Positions 35,245 to 43,329 of a stretch of DNA of 57,386 nt are shown in pieces. Numbering within the stretch: the first letter of the stretch is position 1; each line of letters opens with the position of its first letter. The stretch comes from a virus. The notes beneath the pieces were generated by a model, which was given only the letters and a program-made list of their open reading frames with translations, was not told the origin of the DNA and made no database searches. The position numbers and the translations under genes were made by a program. The stretch is from the IMG/VR virus record IMGVR_UViG_3300006141_000016. One strand, given 5' to 3'.

Positions 35245-35278
35245 TTGGTACAAATCCCTATGCAATCTATTTTATAAT
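35245..35278 (+). promoter_or_regulatory. Conserved promoter motif copy (TTGGTACAA-N19-TATAAT)
   Basis: Starts 2 nt after the upstream stop codon. Exact spacing. Confidence 0.65.
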
Positions 35279-35283
35279 TATAC

Positions 35284-35357
35284 TGTGAGGATAGCTTGAC
35301 GGAGCGAAAGCGGCAATCCCTAGTCGTTTCCTCACAATTCCAAAATAGGGAGATTGC
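35284..35357 (+). ncRNA. Conserved structured 5' leader, copy 1
   Basis: Shares blocks TGTGAGGATAGC, GGCAATCCCTAG, TTTCCTCACA and AAATAGGGA with 41616..41686. Has an 8-bp closing stem plus loop-to-downstream complementarity. Confidence 0.55.
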
Positions 35358-35374
35358 AGAAAGGGAGTGCGATT

Positions 35375-36061
35375 ATGAGCAAAAGAATAGACATGACCGG
35401 TCGGAAATATGGGAGATTAACAATCATAGAGCTTGACCGGATAGAGAATAACCACACATTTTGGAAGTGTCGTTGCGAATGCGGAAATATCGCTATAATT
35501 GACGGGGCAAAACTGCGTAACGGTCATACAAAAAGTTGTGGTTGTTTTAAGTTGGAAAATGTACGTAGACAGAGAAAGCATAATGAGTATGAAATTTTTG
35601 ACAGCTATGTAAAAGTCAAATTAAGCGATACAGAGTATATGCTTTGCGATATTGAAGATTGGGAGAAATTAAAGAAACATCACTGGTATGTTAATGCTGT
35701 TGGGTATGCCGCGGGCGGAACAAGTAAAAATGGAGTATTCCTTTTCCACAAGAAAGTGACAAATACCACAAGCGAAATCATTGACCATATCAACATGAAT
35801 AAATTGGACAACAGAAAATGCAATCTGCGGATAGCGGACAAGAAAATCAATTCCATAAACAGAGGATTGCAATCAAATAATAAAACTGGATATAAGGGCG
35901 TTTACCATGATAGGCGGTATGGCACATGGAATGCAAGAGTTACTGTTGCCGGAAGAACCATTCATTTAGGCACGTTTCCAACAAAGGAAGAAGCGATTGC
36001 GGCGAGACAAGCAGGAGAAGAAAAATATTATCTTCCACAGCTTGAATCCGTGAATAAATAG
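35375..36061 (+). CDS. HNH homing endonuclease with a C-terminal AP2 DNA-binding domain
   Basis: IIDHINMNKLDNRKCNLR (HNH_3-like) and GYKGVYHDRRYGTWNARVTVAGRTIHLGTFPTKEEA (AP2). Confidence 0.8.
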   Translation: MSKRIDMTGRKYGRLTIIELDRIENNHTFWKCRCECGNIAIIDGAKLRNGHTKSCGCFKLENVRRQRKHNEYEIFDSYVKVKLSDTEYMLCDIEDWEKLKKHHWYVNAVGYAAGGTSKNGVFLFHKKVTNTTSEIIDHINMNKLDNRKCNLRIADKKINSINRGLQSNNKTGYKGVYHDRRYGTWNARVTVAGRTIHLGTFPTKEEAIAARQAGEEKYYLPQLESVNK

Positions 36062-36097
36062 TTTGGCAAATGGAAGAGGCCGGGAAAGGATAGGAGT

Positions 36098-36250
36098 ATG
36101 AGCGATGAAGTAAGGATGTTTGCAATCATGTGTGCAAAGAACAGCATAATGCTTATGTGCTTTACATTATTAGCAATTGTGTTTAGTCATTGGTGGATTG
36201 TATTTTTTGCCGCTTTATTCTGGACATGTCCAGCAAAAGAGGGAAAATGA
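36098..36250 (+). CDS. Small TM protein (50 aa)
   Basis: GGAAAGGA RBS, hydrophobic core. Ends 1 nt before the MuF start. Confidence 0.35.
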   Translation: MSDEVRMFAIMCAKNSIMLMCFTLLAIVFSHWWIVFFAALFWTCPAKEGK

Positions 36251-36251
36251 T

Positions 36252-38207
36252 ATGCTTAGGCCGGAATACTTTGATGGAAAAGAACAGCGCATGATGGAGC
36301 TGTATCAGCAGTTATCCGAGTTTATCCTGAAGGAAATTGCCCGGTTCCTGATTGCTGCCGGGAAGATAACTCCAACAGCTGACCGGCTGCTTCAGCGGCT
36401 CCGGCTGATGGGAGAGACGCAGGCGGAGATTGAGAAGAAGCTGCAAGTCCTGACAAAGCTTTCCAGGAAAGAGCTCCGTGCAATCCTTCAGGATGCTGTC
36501 CTGACATCGTGGGAGATCGATGCGGCTCCTTTTCGGGAGATAGGCATAAATCTATCAGACCCACTCAAAAACCCCGCTGTAATCCGAATTATGGACGCAC
36601 AGTACAAGCGGAGCCAGGGGGAACTGCAGAACCTGACCAGGACTACCATGGACCAGAGCAATGTTGACCTGATGAATATGCTGAGCGAGGCGGACATGCG
36701 GGTGGCTGCCGGAGTACAGAGTTATTCCGCTGCCATAAGCGATATTCTTGACCGGTATGCCCACCGCGGGATATATGTGGACTATCCGAAGACGAACACC
36801 CGCAGGACACTGGAAGCGGCGGTGATGTGCTGTATCCGGACAAGCATGGCGCAGATGGCTGGCCAGGTGACCATGGAATTTATCAAAGAGGCTGGGACGA
36901 ACCTTATCATCACATCGGCGCACACAGGGGCCAGATTCACGGACAAAGACGAACCGGCTAATCACATGTCCTGGCAGGGGAGAGTATTCTACATAACGGA
37001 TGCGGACCTGGCAGAGTTCACGGAGGTAAGGTATAAGATTGAAAGCAGCGGCGAAAGGGCCGGCGGCTCTCCGAACACCAGGAAATATCCTGATTTTCGG
37101 GAAACAACCGGCTATGGTACAGGAGAGGGCCTGGACGGATATAATTGCCGCCATTCCTTCGGGCCTTATGATGAACGCATAGGCAACCCATGGCGGGACA
37201 AGGACGGGAATCTGATAGATGGCGCCGGAAACCTGATAGACAGCGAAGAATCAAAGCAGAAGTATAAGGACTCCCAGCGGCTCCGGGCGATCGAACGCAA
37301 TATCCGGGCAATAAAGCGGCAGCTGGCGGCAAAAGAGCAGTTGATGCAGGGGTCATCCAGGGAAGAACTGGAACGCCTGCAGCCGGAGTATGACAAACTG
37401 GCCTATGAACTTACTAGGGAAAATAAAAAGTATAATGACTTTGCCAAAGAGCATAACCTTACGCCGCAATATGGGCGGACGAAACTGGCTGATTTTGGCA
37501 GGGAGCAGGCAAAGCGGAGTAATGCCGGGGCGAAAAGATATGCAAATAGCCATATGGAATTGCAGGGGGATAATAAAACAGCCGATATTGAAGAAAACAA
37601 TGTCTCAAAACCGGTTGCCCAGGAAGGAAAAGGCAGTTATAATAATATCAGGAGCAGGGAAGAGCTGCAAAGGGCAGCGGAGGATATAAAGTCCCAGATT
37701 GGAAACTTTGCAGTGAATCCATCAAAGTGGAGCGGGAAAATTATTATTGATAATTCACTTGCAGATAAGGGCATACTGGGTGAAAAAAGATGGAGCTGTG
37801 ATATTGTATTAAGTGATACGGTAGATGATGGAACTATATGGCATGAAATGCTCCATTCGTGTTCTATAAGTCATTTTGACTCAAATACATATGTACAAAA
37901 TCAATATATTGAAGAAGCTTCTGTTGAATTTTTAAAACGACAAATTTGTTTAGAGAAAAAAATAGCTTCGGTGGCAGTTTATCAGGATAAAGTAACCACA
38001 TTGCAAATTTTGAATAATAAATTTAAGTATGGAACTGACATGGAATTTGCAAAAGAATTATTTAGTATTCCTCTTCCATTGCGATATCAGTGGCTTGAAG
38101 ATAAGATTGATGAAAGCCTTCATACAATGAGAGTATCTTTTGAGGATTATAATGAGACGATGCGGTTTATTGAAGAATTAAAAGGAGGAGGGGATGGGAG
38201 AAATTAA
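36252..38207 (+). CDS. MuF / SPP1 gp7-like head-morphogenesis protein fused to a C-terminal HExxH domain (MuF polymorphic-toxin architecture)
   Basis: GYNCRHSFGPY MuF motif, a long coiled linker, then WHEMLHSCS in a visibly AT-rich 3' part. Confidence 0.75.
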   Translation: MLRPEYFDGKEQRMMELYQQLSEFILKEIARFLIAAGKITPTADRLLQRLRLMGETQAEIEKKLQVLTKLSRKELRAILQDAVLTSWEIDAAPFREIGINLSDPLKNPAVIRIMDAQYKRSQGELQNLTRTTMDQSNVDLMNMLSEADMRVAAGVQSYSAAISDILDRYAHRGIYVDYPKTNTRRTLEAAVMCCIRTSMAQMAGQVTMEFIKEAGTNLIITSAHTGARFTDKDEPANHMSWQGRVFYITDADLAEFTEVRYKIESSGERAGGSPNTRKYPDFRETTGYGTGEGLDGYNCRHSFGPYDERIGNPWRDKDGNLIDGAGNLIDSEESKQKYKDSQRLRAIERNIRAIKRQLAAKEQLMQGSSREELERLQPEYDKLAYELTRENKKYNDFAKEHNLTPQYGRTKLADFGREQAKRSNAGAKRYANSHMELQGDNKTADIEENNVSKPVAQEGKGSYNNIRSREELQRAAEDIKSQIGNFAVNPSKWSGKIIIDNSLADKGILGEKRWSCDIVLSDTVDDGTIWHEMLHSCSISHFDSNTYVQNQYIEEASVEFLKRQICLEKKIASVAVYQDKVTTLQILNNKFKYGTDMEFAKELFSIPLPLRYQWLEDKIDESLHTMRVSFEDYNETMRFIEELKGGGDGRN

Positions 38208-38484
38208 TAATGTAAGCGAAATTAATGAAAACACTGATATTCATGAGTTTGCTATGTTCTGTAAAAAGTTGCGAAAAAAATGGGAGAACCCAGAGACAGA
38301 AGCGGAAAAACTGATATATAGGATGACGCATGGTAAAATGACGAATAAGGAGTATCTGGAATTAGAAGAAGAAGTAATTAAGTTCATTGCGTCTGATGCT
38401 TCGGAAGAAGATAAGAGAGCAGTTGGAGGGTATGCAGAATCTTTAAGTATGATTTGCAATGGCATAAGAGAGGGATTGCTTTAA
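38194..38484 (+). CDS. Candidate cognate immunity protein
   Basis: AAAGGAGGAGGGG RBS. Overlaps the MuF-toxin 3' end. 96 aa, acidic, AT-rich. Confidence 0.5.
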   Translation: MGEINNVSEINENTDIHEFAMFCKKLRKKWENPETEAEKLIYRMTHGKMTNKEYLELEEEVIKFIASDASEEDKRAVGGYAESLSMICNGIREGLL

Positions 38485-38591
38485 CAGGGGAAAGAATGTG
38501 TTTATAAGAGATATGGAAATTCTGTATCGGTGAAATGCGAAACAGAAGGATGTATATCTGAATCAATAAGAGGTTTATAAAATCCGCAATC

Positions 38592-38621
38592 AGCCGCCAG
38601 CTAAATACTGGCGGCTTTTTT
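38592..38621 (+). terminator. Intrinsic terminator
   Basis: AGCCGCCAG-ctaaata-CTGGCGGCT followed by TTTTTT. Confidence 0.85.
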
Positions 38622-38628
38622 GATTAAG

Positions 38629-38662
38629 TTGGTACAACCTCCGTCCAAATCTGTTGTAAAAT
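38629..38662 (+). promoter_or_regulatory. Conserved promoter motif copy (TTGGTACAA-N19-TAAAAT)
   Basis: Immediately after the terminator. Exact spacing. Confidence 0.65.
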
Positions 38663-38679
38663 TGAGTGAGGAGGTAGTG

Positions 38680-38901
38680 ATGATGAATGAAAAATATTCG
38701 GTTGGTGATAAAGTAGTCACTGCGGATAATTGGGATAATGGTTTTGGTAAAATTATTCCTAAAGGAAGTGTTGTTAAAATTACAAGAGCCTTTAAATTTG
38801 ACGGGATAAATATGTATGATTGTGAATACAATGGAGGCAGCGCTATATACGATGAAGAATGGCTCGGAGAAATATATGATCAACCAAAAATCGGCGGTTA
38901 G
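38680..38901 (+). CDS. 73-aa protein; N-terminal part of an interrupted DUF551-type gene
   Basis: GAGGAGG RBS. Ends at TAG 38899, exactly where paralogs have the Trp of G-W-IPC. Confidence 0.55.
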   Translation: MMNEKYSVGDKVVTADNWDNGFGKIIPKGSVVKITRAFKFDGINMYDCEYNGGSAIYDEEWLGEIYDQPKIGG

Positions 38902-39114
38902 ATTCCATGCAGTGAGCGGTTGCCGGAGGACGACGTTGATGTTCTCGTATGGTATGAGTATTTCAGATATGAAGAATACAATAGATTGTTTCAGACAATA
39001 GGAATTTTATTCACATATAACGGCAAATGGTCTGGATTTGTTAATGATCAAAGTGGTTCGAGTCAATTAATGATTATTGCATGGTAACCATTACCAGGGG
39101 CGTATCATGGATAA
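38902..39114 (+). pseudogene. DUF551 domain remnant (paralog 3) cut off by in-frame TAG and TAA
   Basis: In frame with 38680..38901: IPCSERLPEDD...IIAW-TAA-PLPGAYHG. The TAA (39085-39087) replaces the Gln of AWQPLP. Confidence 0.7.
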
Positions 39115-39138
39115 GTGATTGAAAAACCTATCTCAAGT

Positions 39139-39147
39139 TGGTATAAT
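39139..39147 (+). promoter_or_regulatory. Extended -10 promoter element TGGTATAAT
   Basis: TGnTATAAT, 31 nt upstream of ATG 39178. Confidence 0.45.
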
Positions 39148-39177
39148 ATGGGAAAATACATACCGGAGGGGAAAACC

Positions 39178-39501
39178 ATGGGAAACGAAGAAAAGAAAGA
39201 TGAAGTATTGAACATTGCAAACGAATTGCTTCAAGAAATGAAGATTCAGGCGGAAAGATCGCATAAAGCGCTGATAACTGTTGCATGGCTTTGGTTTGCG
39301 TCTGTAATAGCTATTGTGGCCGGATTCCTGATTTACCTGTACCAGTATGATTTTACGGCAACAGTGGAGCAGACCGGGGTATACACTCTTATGGACAGTC
39401 AGGGAAATGTCATATCGTCAGATCTGACGCCTGAGGACATAATCAAGATAGAGGAGATTTTGGAAAGTGGCAAAGACCAAGGTGACCAAGAGCAGAAGTA
39501 A
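39178..39501 (+). CDS. Single-pass membrane protein (107 aa)
   Basis: GGAGGGG RBS. TM segment LITVAWLWFASVIAIVAGFLIYLY. Confidence 0.6.
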   Translation: MGNEEKKDEVLNIANELLQEMKIQAERSHKALITVAWLWFASVIAIVAGFLIYLYQYDFTATVEQTGVYTLMDSQGNVISSDLTPEDIIKIEEILESGKDQGDQEQK

Positions 39502-39547
39502 GAAGAGCGGCAAGAAGAGAGGAACGGCGAAAAGGAAGAAGTAAGGA

Positions 39548-39757
39548 ATGGCACGAAACATTATCCCGGATTTCAGCAGAGAGAAAAGAGAATATTTCAG
39601 GAGAGAATGCAATTTCACTCCAAGAGAAGAACAACTTTTTGATTTGAGGAACCAGGAATATTCTTTGGAGGAATGCGCCGAACTTATGCACTGCAGTGAA
39701 TCCACCATAGGACGAATCAGTAAAAAGATGCTTCGGAAGATAATGGAGCAAATTTGA
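39548..39757 (+). CDS. Small sigma-70 region-4-like / LuxR-type HTH regulator
   Basis: FTPREEQLFDLRNQEYSLEECAELMHCSESTIGRISKKMLRKI. Confidence 0.6.
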   Translation: MARNIIPDFSREKREYFRRECNFTPREEQLFDLRNQEYSLEECAELMHCSESTIGRISKKMLRKIMEQI

Positions 39758-39787
39758 CGGTTTTATGAGAGACTTTTGAAAAGATTT

Positions 39788-39820
39788 AGAGGCTTATCTG
39801 ACATGGTAAGTCTCTTTTTT
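39788..39820 (+). terminator. Intrinsic terminator
   Basis: AGAGGCTTA...TAAGTCTCT 9-bp stem followed by TTTTTT. Confidence 0.75.
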
Positions 39821-39853
39821 GTATGCGAAAATATAGGCGTAGGAGGCATACAA

Positions 39854-40021
39854 ATGCTTTTTAATCTTTGGAACTATACCCCGTCTTACCAAAGCGCGAG
39901 TGACGGGATGATGATAGAGGATGCAATTAAGTCAATGGAGGAGAAAGATGTATCCGAACAATTCCATGCTGAATCAGCAGATGGCGCAGCTCGATCAGGA
40001 GTATGCGCAGAGAAAAGCTAA
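39854..40021 (+). CDS. Possible 55-aa ORF overlapping the next gene
   Basis: Strong AGGAGG RBS 7 nt upstream, but it overlaps 39948..40439 by 74 nt out of frame. Confidence 0.25.
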   Translation: MLFNLWNYTPSYQSASDGMMIEDAIKSMEEKDVSEQFHAESADGAARSGVCAEKS

Positions 40022-40439
40022 TATCATGCAGAGTTTCTACGACCAACAGCAGGGAGGTAGCTGGGGACGGCAGAGCGCACAGGGAACACAGCAATCGCAG
40101 ACATCTAGCCAAAATGTAAACTGGATATATGTTTCCGGCGTTGATGGGGCAAAGAATCAGATTGTGCAGCCGGGACAAACTGCCTGGATGATGGATAATA
40201 ATGAGCCTTATTTTTATGTAAAATCCGTGGATAATGTGGGAAGCTCCACTTTCCGTATATTTCAGTTTGCGGAGGTGCAGGAAATTCAGCCAGAACAGGC
40301 AGTACAACCACAAATAGACCTGTCTCAGTACGTCCAGCGTGACGAATTTGACGCTTTAAAGGCGCAGCTTGAACAACTTACCAATACACAGAAAAAACAG
40401 CCTACAAAGGCAAATAAGGGGGTAGAGGACAATGGCTAA
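39948..40439 (+). CDS. Q/N-rich protein of unknown function
   Basis: GGAGGAGAAAG RBS. Q-rich N-terminus, then a conserved-looking core NWIYVSGVDGAKNQIVQPGQTAWMMDNNEPYFYVKSVDNVG. Confidence 0.65.
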   Translation: MYPNNSMLNQQMAQLDQEYAQRKANIMQSFYDQQQGGSWGRQSAQGTQQSQTSSQNVNWIYVSGVDGAKNQIVQPGQTAWMMDNNEPYFYVKSVDNVGSSTFRIFQFAEVQEIQPEQAVQPQIDLSQYVQRDEFDALKAQLEQLTNTQKKQPTKANKGVEDNG

Positions 40440-40725
40440 TCCTTTAATGGGAATGATGGGCGGATCCCAAGGGGGCAATCCGGCAATGGCGCATATGGGG
40501 AATATGGAAATGATTAAACAGGCAGCGCAGTCTGCCAAAAAGATGATGGGTATGCTGAATGGGGTTAAGAACCCGCAGCAGGCTCTCATGATGGCGGCAC
40601 AACAGAACCCTGGACTTAATTCTGTAATGCAGATGGTGGGCGGACGGGATCCTCGACAAGTTTTTTATGAGGAATGTAAGAAAAACGGAGTAAATCCAGA
40701 GGATATTTTAAAAGAATTACGCTAA
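40432..40725 (+). CDS. Met/Gln-rich small protein of unknown function
   Basis: 97 aa. MGMMGGSQGGNPAMAHMGNMEM...NPQQALMMAAQQNPGLNSVMQMVGG. Confidence 0.6.
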   Translation: MANPLMGMMGGSQGGNPAMAHMGNMEMIKQAAQSAKKMMGMLNGVKNPQQALMMAAQQNPGLNSVMQMVGGRDPRQVFYEECKKNGVNPEDILKELR

Positions 40726-40816
40726 CACCACCAAAGACGGTGTTAAGAATAAACTGACGCACAAATCGAAAGTGCGCCACTAACCCCTAAAAGCTATGGG
40801 GTAGAAAGGAGAAGCT

Positions 40817-41467
40817 ATGGATAGCTCTAATGATTTTGCAGTAGGTTATGCAGTCGGTGACAATGCCGCAAACCGTAACTGCGGTTATGGCAATGGCATG
40901 TTTGGCGCAGACGGAGGATTCTTCTGGATCTTCGCATTGCTGTTACTGCCCATGATGACCAACGGCGGTCTGTGGGGGACCAACGGCAGGGGACAGGCTG
41001 TGACAGAAGCAGGGCTGTGCAATGCCATGAATTTCAACAACCTGGAGAACGCTGTGGGTCGTTTGAGCGACCAGCAGGCGGCAATCGCACGCCAGACAGA
41101 CAATGCGATTTGCAATCTGGGTTATGAAACCCTGCGGAACTTTAACAGCCTGGAACAGCAGTTGGCGGCTTGTTGCTGCGGTATCGAAAAGGCAATCCTT
41201 GAGAACCGCTATCTGGCAGCACAGAACACCAGCGAGATTATCCAGGCACAGGAGAGAGGGACACAGAAAGTTCTTGACTGGCTGTGCAACCAGGAAAACC
41301 GCAATTTGCGTGACGAGAATATGAGGAATTATATTCAGTCTCAGTTCTGTGGCGTTCCGAGATTCCAGCCTGGTACGGTATACGGTGCAGTTCCGGCAAA
41401 TCCGTTTTTCGGAAACTGGAATAACTGCGGCGGATGCGGTGGCTGTTGCGGAAACGGCAACATCTAA
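40817..41467 (+). CDS. Cys-rich protein with a YjcZ-like G/Y/F hydrophobic N-terminus and CGGCGGCCGNGNI tail
   Basis: AAAGGAGAAG RBS. NCGYGNGMFGADGGFFWIFALLLLPMM is reminiscent of tiny YjcZ-type sporulation proteins. Contains a CCC motif and terminal Cys clusters. Confidence 0.6.
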   Translation: MDSSNDFAVGYAVGDNAANRNCGYGNGMFGADGGFFWIFALLLLPMMTNGGLWGTNGRGQAVTEAGLCNAMNFNNLENAVGRLSDQQAAIARQTDNAICNLGYETLRNFNSLEQQLAACCCGIEKAILENRYLAAQNTSEIIQAQERGTQKVLDWLCNQENRNLRDENMRNYIQSQFCGVPRFQPGTVYGAVPANPFFGNWNNCGGCGGCCGNGNI

Positions 41468-41496
41468 TCATTGGTCACACTGACCGGGGAGAAAGG

Positions 41497-41530
41497 CGGG
41501 GTGGCTGAAAAATCGGTTGCCCCGTTTTTA
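41497..41530 (+). terminator. Intrinsic terminator
   Basis: CGGGGTGGC...GTTGCCCCG stem (with G-U pairs) followed by TTTTTATT. Confidence 0.7.
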
Positions 41531-41576
41531 TTGTACATTGAAAACCGAATACTGGCAGTAGTTTGTGGGCTTTAGA

Positions 41577-41610
41577 ATGGTACAACTGATTTATTCCCTC
41601 ATGGTAAAAT
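41577..41610 (+). promoter_or_regulatory. Conserved promoter motif copy (ATGGTACAA-N19-TAAAAT)
   Basis: Exact spacing. Followed 6 nt later by leader copy 2. Confidence 0.65.
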
Positions 41611-41615
41611 ATCAT

Positions 41616-41686
41616 TGTGAGGATAGCCAACCGGTGGCGACAAGTGGCAATCCCTAGCCATTTCCTCACATTGTAAATAGGGAATT
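41616..41686 (+). ncRNA. Conserved structured 5' leader, copy 2
   Basis: Same four conserved blocks and the same geometry relative to the -10 as 35284..35357. The variable inner hairpin is GCCA...TGGC. Confidence 0.55.
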
Positions 41687-41705
41687 ACAAGGAGGGAATG
41701 TAATT

Positions 41706-42617
41706 ATGGGAATGACAAATAATATGTTGTCGCTTGTGCGGTATGTGGCAGAAAATGACCTATCAAAAGCCAAACAGTATGCGCTTAGCTGTTGTGTGGA
41801 AGATACCACACAGAAAAACAAGTATTATGTATCAAGGTATAAGCAGTTGCTCACTACTGGCGGCTTAAATATGATTGAATTGCCGCCTAACGTGTCAAAA
41901 TTTGCCACAATGGAAGATGTATCTATGACATACATAGAAAATAGGTATTATCTGACGGAGGACGAAAAGAAACTGTTTGAACTGATACGAGATATGAACG
42001 ATGTTGCCTTACAGCTTATGGAAAAACAGATACCATATCTGAATGCTACTTTGTTATACGGAGAAAGCGGAGTTGGAAAGACAGCATTTTCAAAATATGT
42101 CGCATACAAACTTGAAATGCCTTATCTGTATGTGAACTTTTCCAAAATGTTAGACAGCTTACTTGGAGGAACCGCAAAGAATTTGACTGCATTGTTTAAT
42201 TATATCAATCAGCAAAAATGCGTAATAATGCTTGATGAAATTGACTGTATGGCAGGAAATAGAAAGTATTCTGATGGTGGAGCGTCGGCAGAAGTATCAA
42301 GAAGTACAACATGCCTATTACAGCTTTTAGACGCAGTTACAAACGACCATGTAATACTAGCGGCAACAAATCTGATTGATGATGTTGACCCGGCTGTAAA
42401 AAGAAGATTTACAGAAAAACATGAAATGCACCGTCTGACCACTGATGAAAATTATGCTTTCATCTGTCAATACATGAATAGCACTGGTTTTAAATATAGC
42501 CTTCTATCTGCAATGGAATATGCGAGGCAGGAACATTCACAAGCGGAAATTATGACACATATGACAAGGTGCATTGCACAAACGCTTATAAACAAAAAGT
42601 CCATAGTTGAATTTTAA
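41706..42617 (+). CDS. Classical AAA+ ATPase (FtsH/Cdc48-clade AAA domain)
   Basis: Walker A GESGVGKT, Walker B IMLDEID, sensor LAATN, RRF. Confidence 0.85.
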   Translation: MGMTNNMLSLVRYVAENDLSKAKQYALSCCVEDTTQKNKYYVSRYKQLLTTGGLNMIELPPNVSKFATMEDVSMTYIENRYYLTEDEKKLFELIRDMNDVALQLMEKQIPYLNATLLYGESGVGKTAFSKYVAYKLEMPYLYVNFSKMLDSLLGGTAKNLTALFNYINQQKCVIMLDEIDCMAGNRKYSDGGASAEVSRSTTCLLQLLDAVTNDHVILAATNLIDDVDPAVKRRFTEKHEMHRLTTDENYAFICQYMNSTGFKYSLLSAMEYARQEHSQAEIMTHMTRCIAQTLINKKSIVEF

Positions 42618-42685
42618 TAAAACCCAGAAACTACTGTCAGTAAATCGGCAGTAGTTTTTATTTTGCAGAAATGGAGGAAAATATT

Positions 42686-43090
42686 ATGAGTTGTAAAGCG
42701 GCAATATACACAGCCAACACAGGCGCACAAGCATTGCAGATTGGGAGCGTTCTTTCTCTTGGCTCCATTATCCGGCGTTTCGGGTGTGGCGTAAATCTGA
42801 ACGGAAACGGCGTTGTGATTGACAGAGAAGGGTATTATGACGTGGACGCGTCTATCACAGCCACGGCAGCGGCAGCTGGCACTGTAACGGTAACATTGCT
42901 CCGTGATGGTGTAGCAGTTCCGGGGGCGGTAGCGTCTGCAACGGCGGCAGCAGCAGGAACGGTTGCACTCCCTATCACTGCACTTGTCCGGCAGTCTTGC
43001 GGTTGCTCTGGCGGCTCTACTCTTACACTCGTTCTGGGTGGCACAGCGGCGACTATCAATAATGTGGCGCTGAAAGTCATTAAGTTGTAA
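42686..43090 (+). CDS. TNF/C1q-like jelly-roll protein (BclA C-terminal / BxpB-like pattern)
   Basis: GGAGGAAAA RBS. REGYYDVDASITATA..GTVTVTLLRDGVAVPGA......LTLVLGG...INNVALKVIKL resembles exosporium BclA-CTD/ExsFA proteins. Confidence 0.5.
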   Translation: MSCKAAIYTANTGAQALQIGSVLSLGSIIRRFGCGVNLNGNGVVIDREGYYDVDASITATAAAAGTVTVTLLRDGVAVPGAVASATAAAAGTVALPITALVRQSCGCSGGSTLTLVLGGTAATINNVALKVIKL

Positions 43091-43329
43091 TGGACGGCAG
43101 GCAATTTGACGCTCTGGACGCTTTGGGCGTGGCTTCGTTCCTTTTGGGGTTGGAAAATCTTTATGAGAATAGGAGCCAGTCCGCTCAGAATGACGTAGGA
43201 GCCGCAAACGACAAGCAAGCGTCTTATCTTCTGTCCGAGATAGGAAAACGCCTTGACGGGCAGGATAGGACGCTTGAAGCGATATTGAATAAGTTGGAGC
43301 AACTGGAAAGGAGATTGGACAATGCATAA
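43090..43329 (+). CDS. Small coiled-coil protein
   Basis: TAATG-coupled. 79 aa. Confidence 0.55.
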   Translation: MDGRQFDALDALGVASFLLGLENLYENRSQSAQNDVGAANDKQASYLLSEIGKRLDGQDRTLEAILNKLEQLERRLDNA

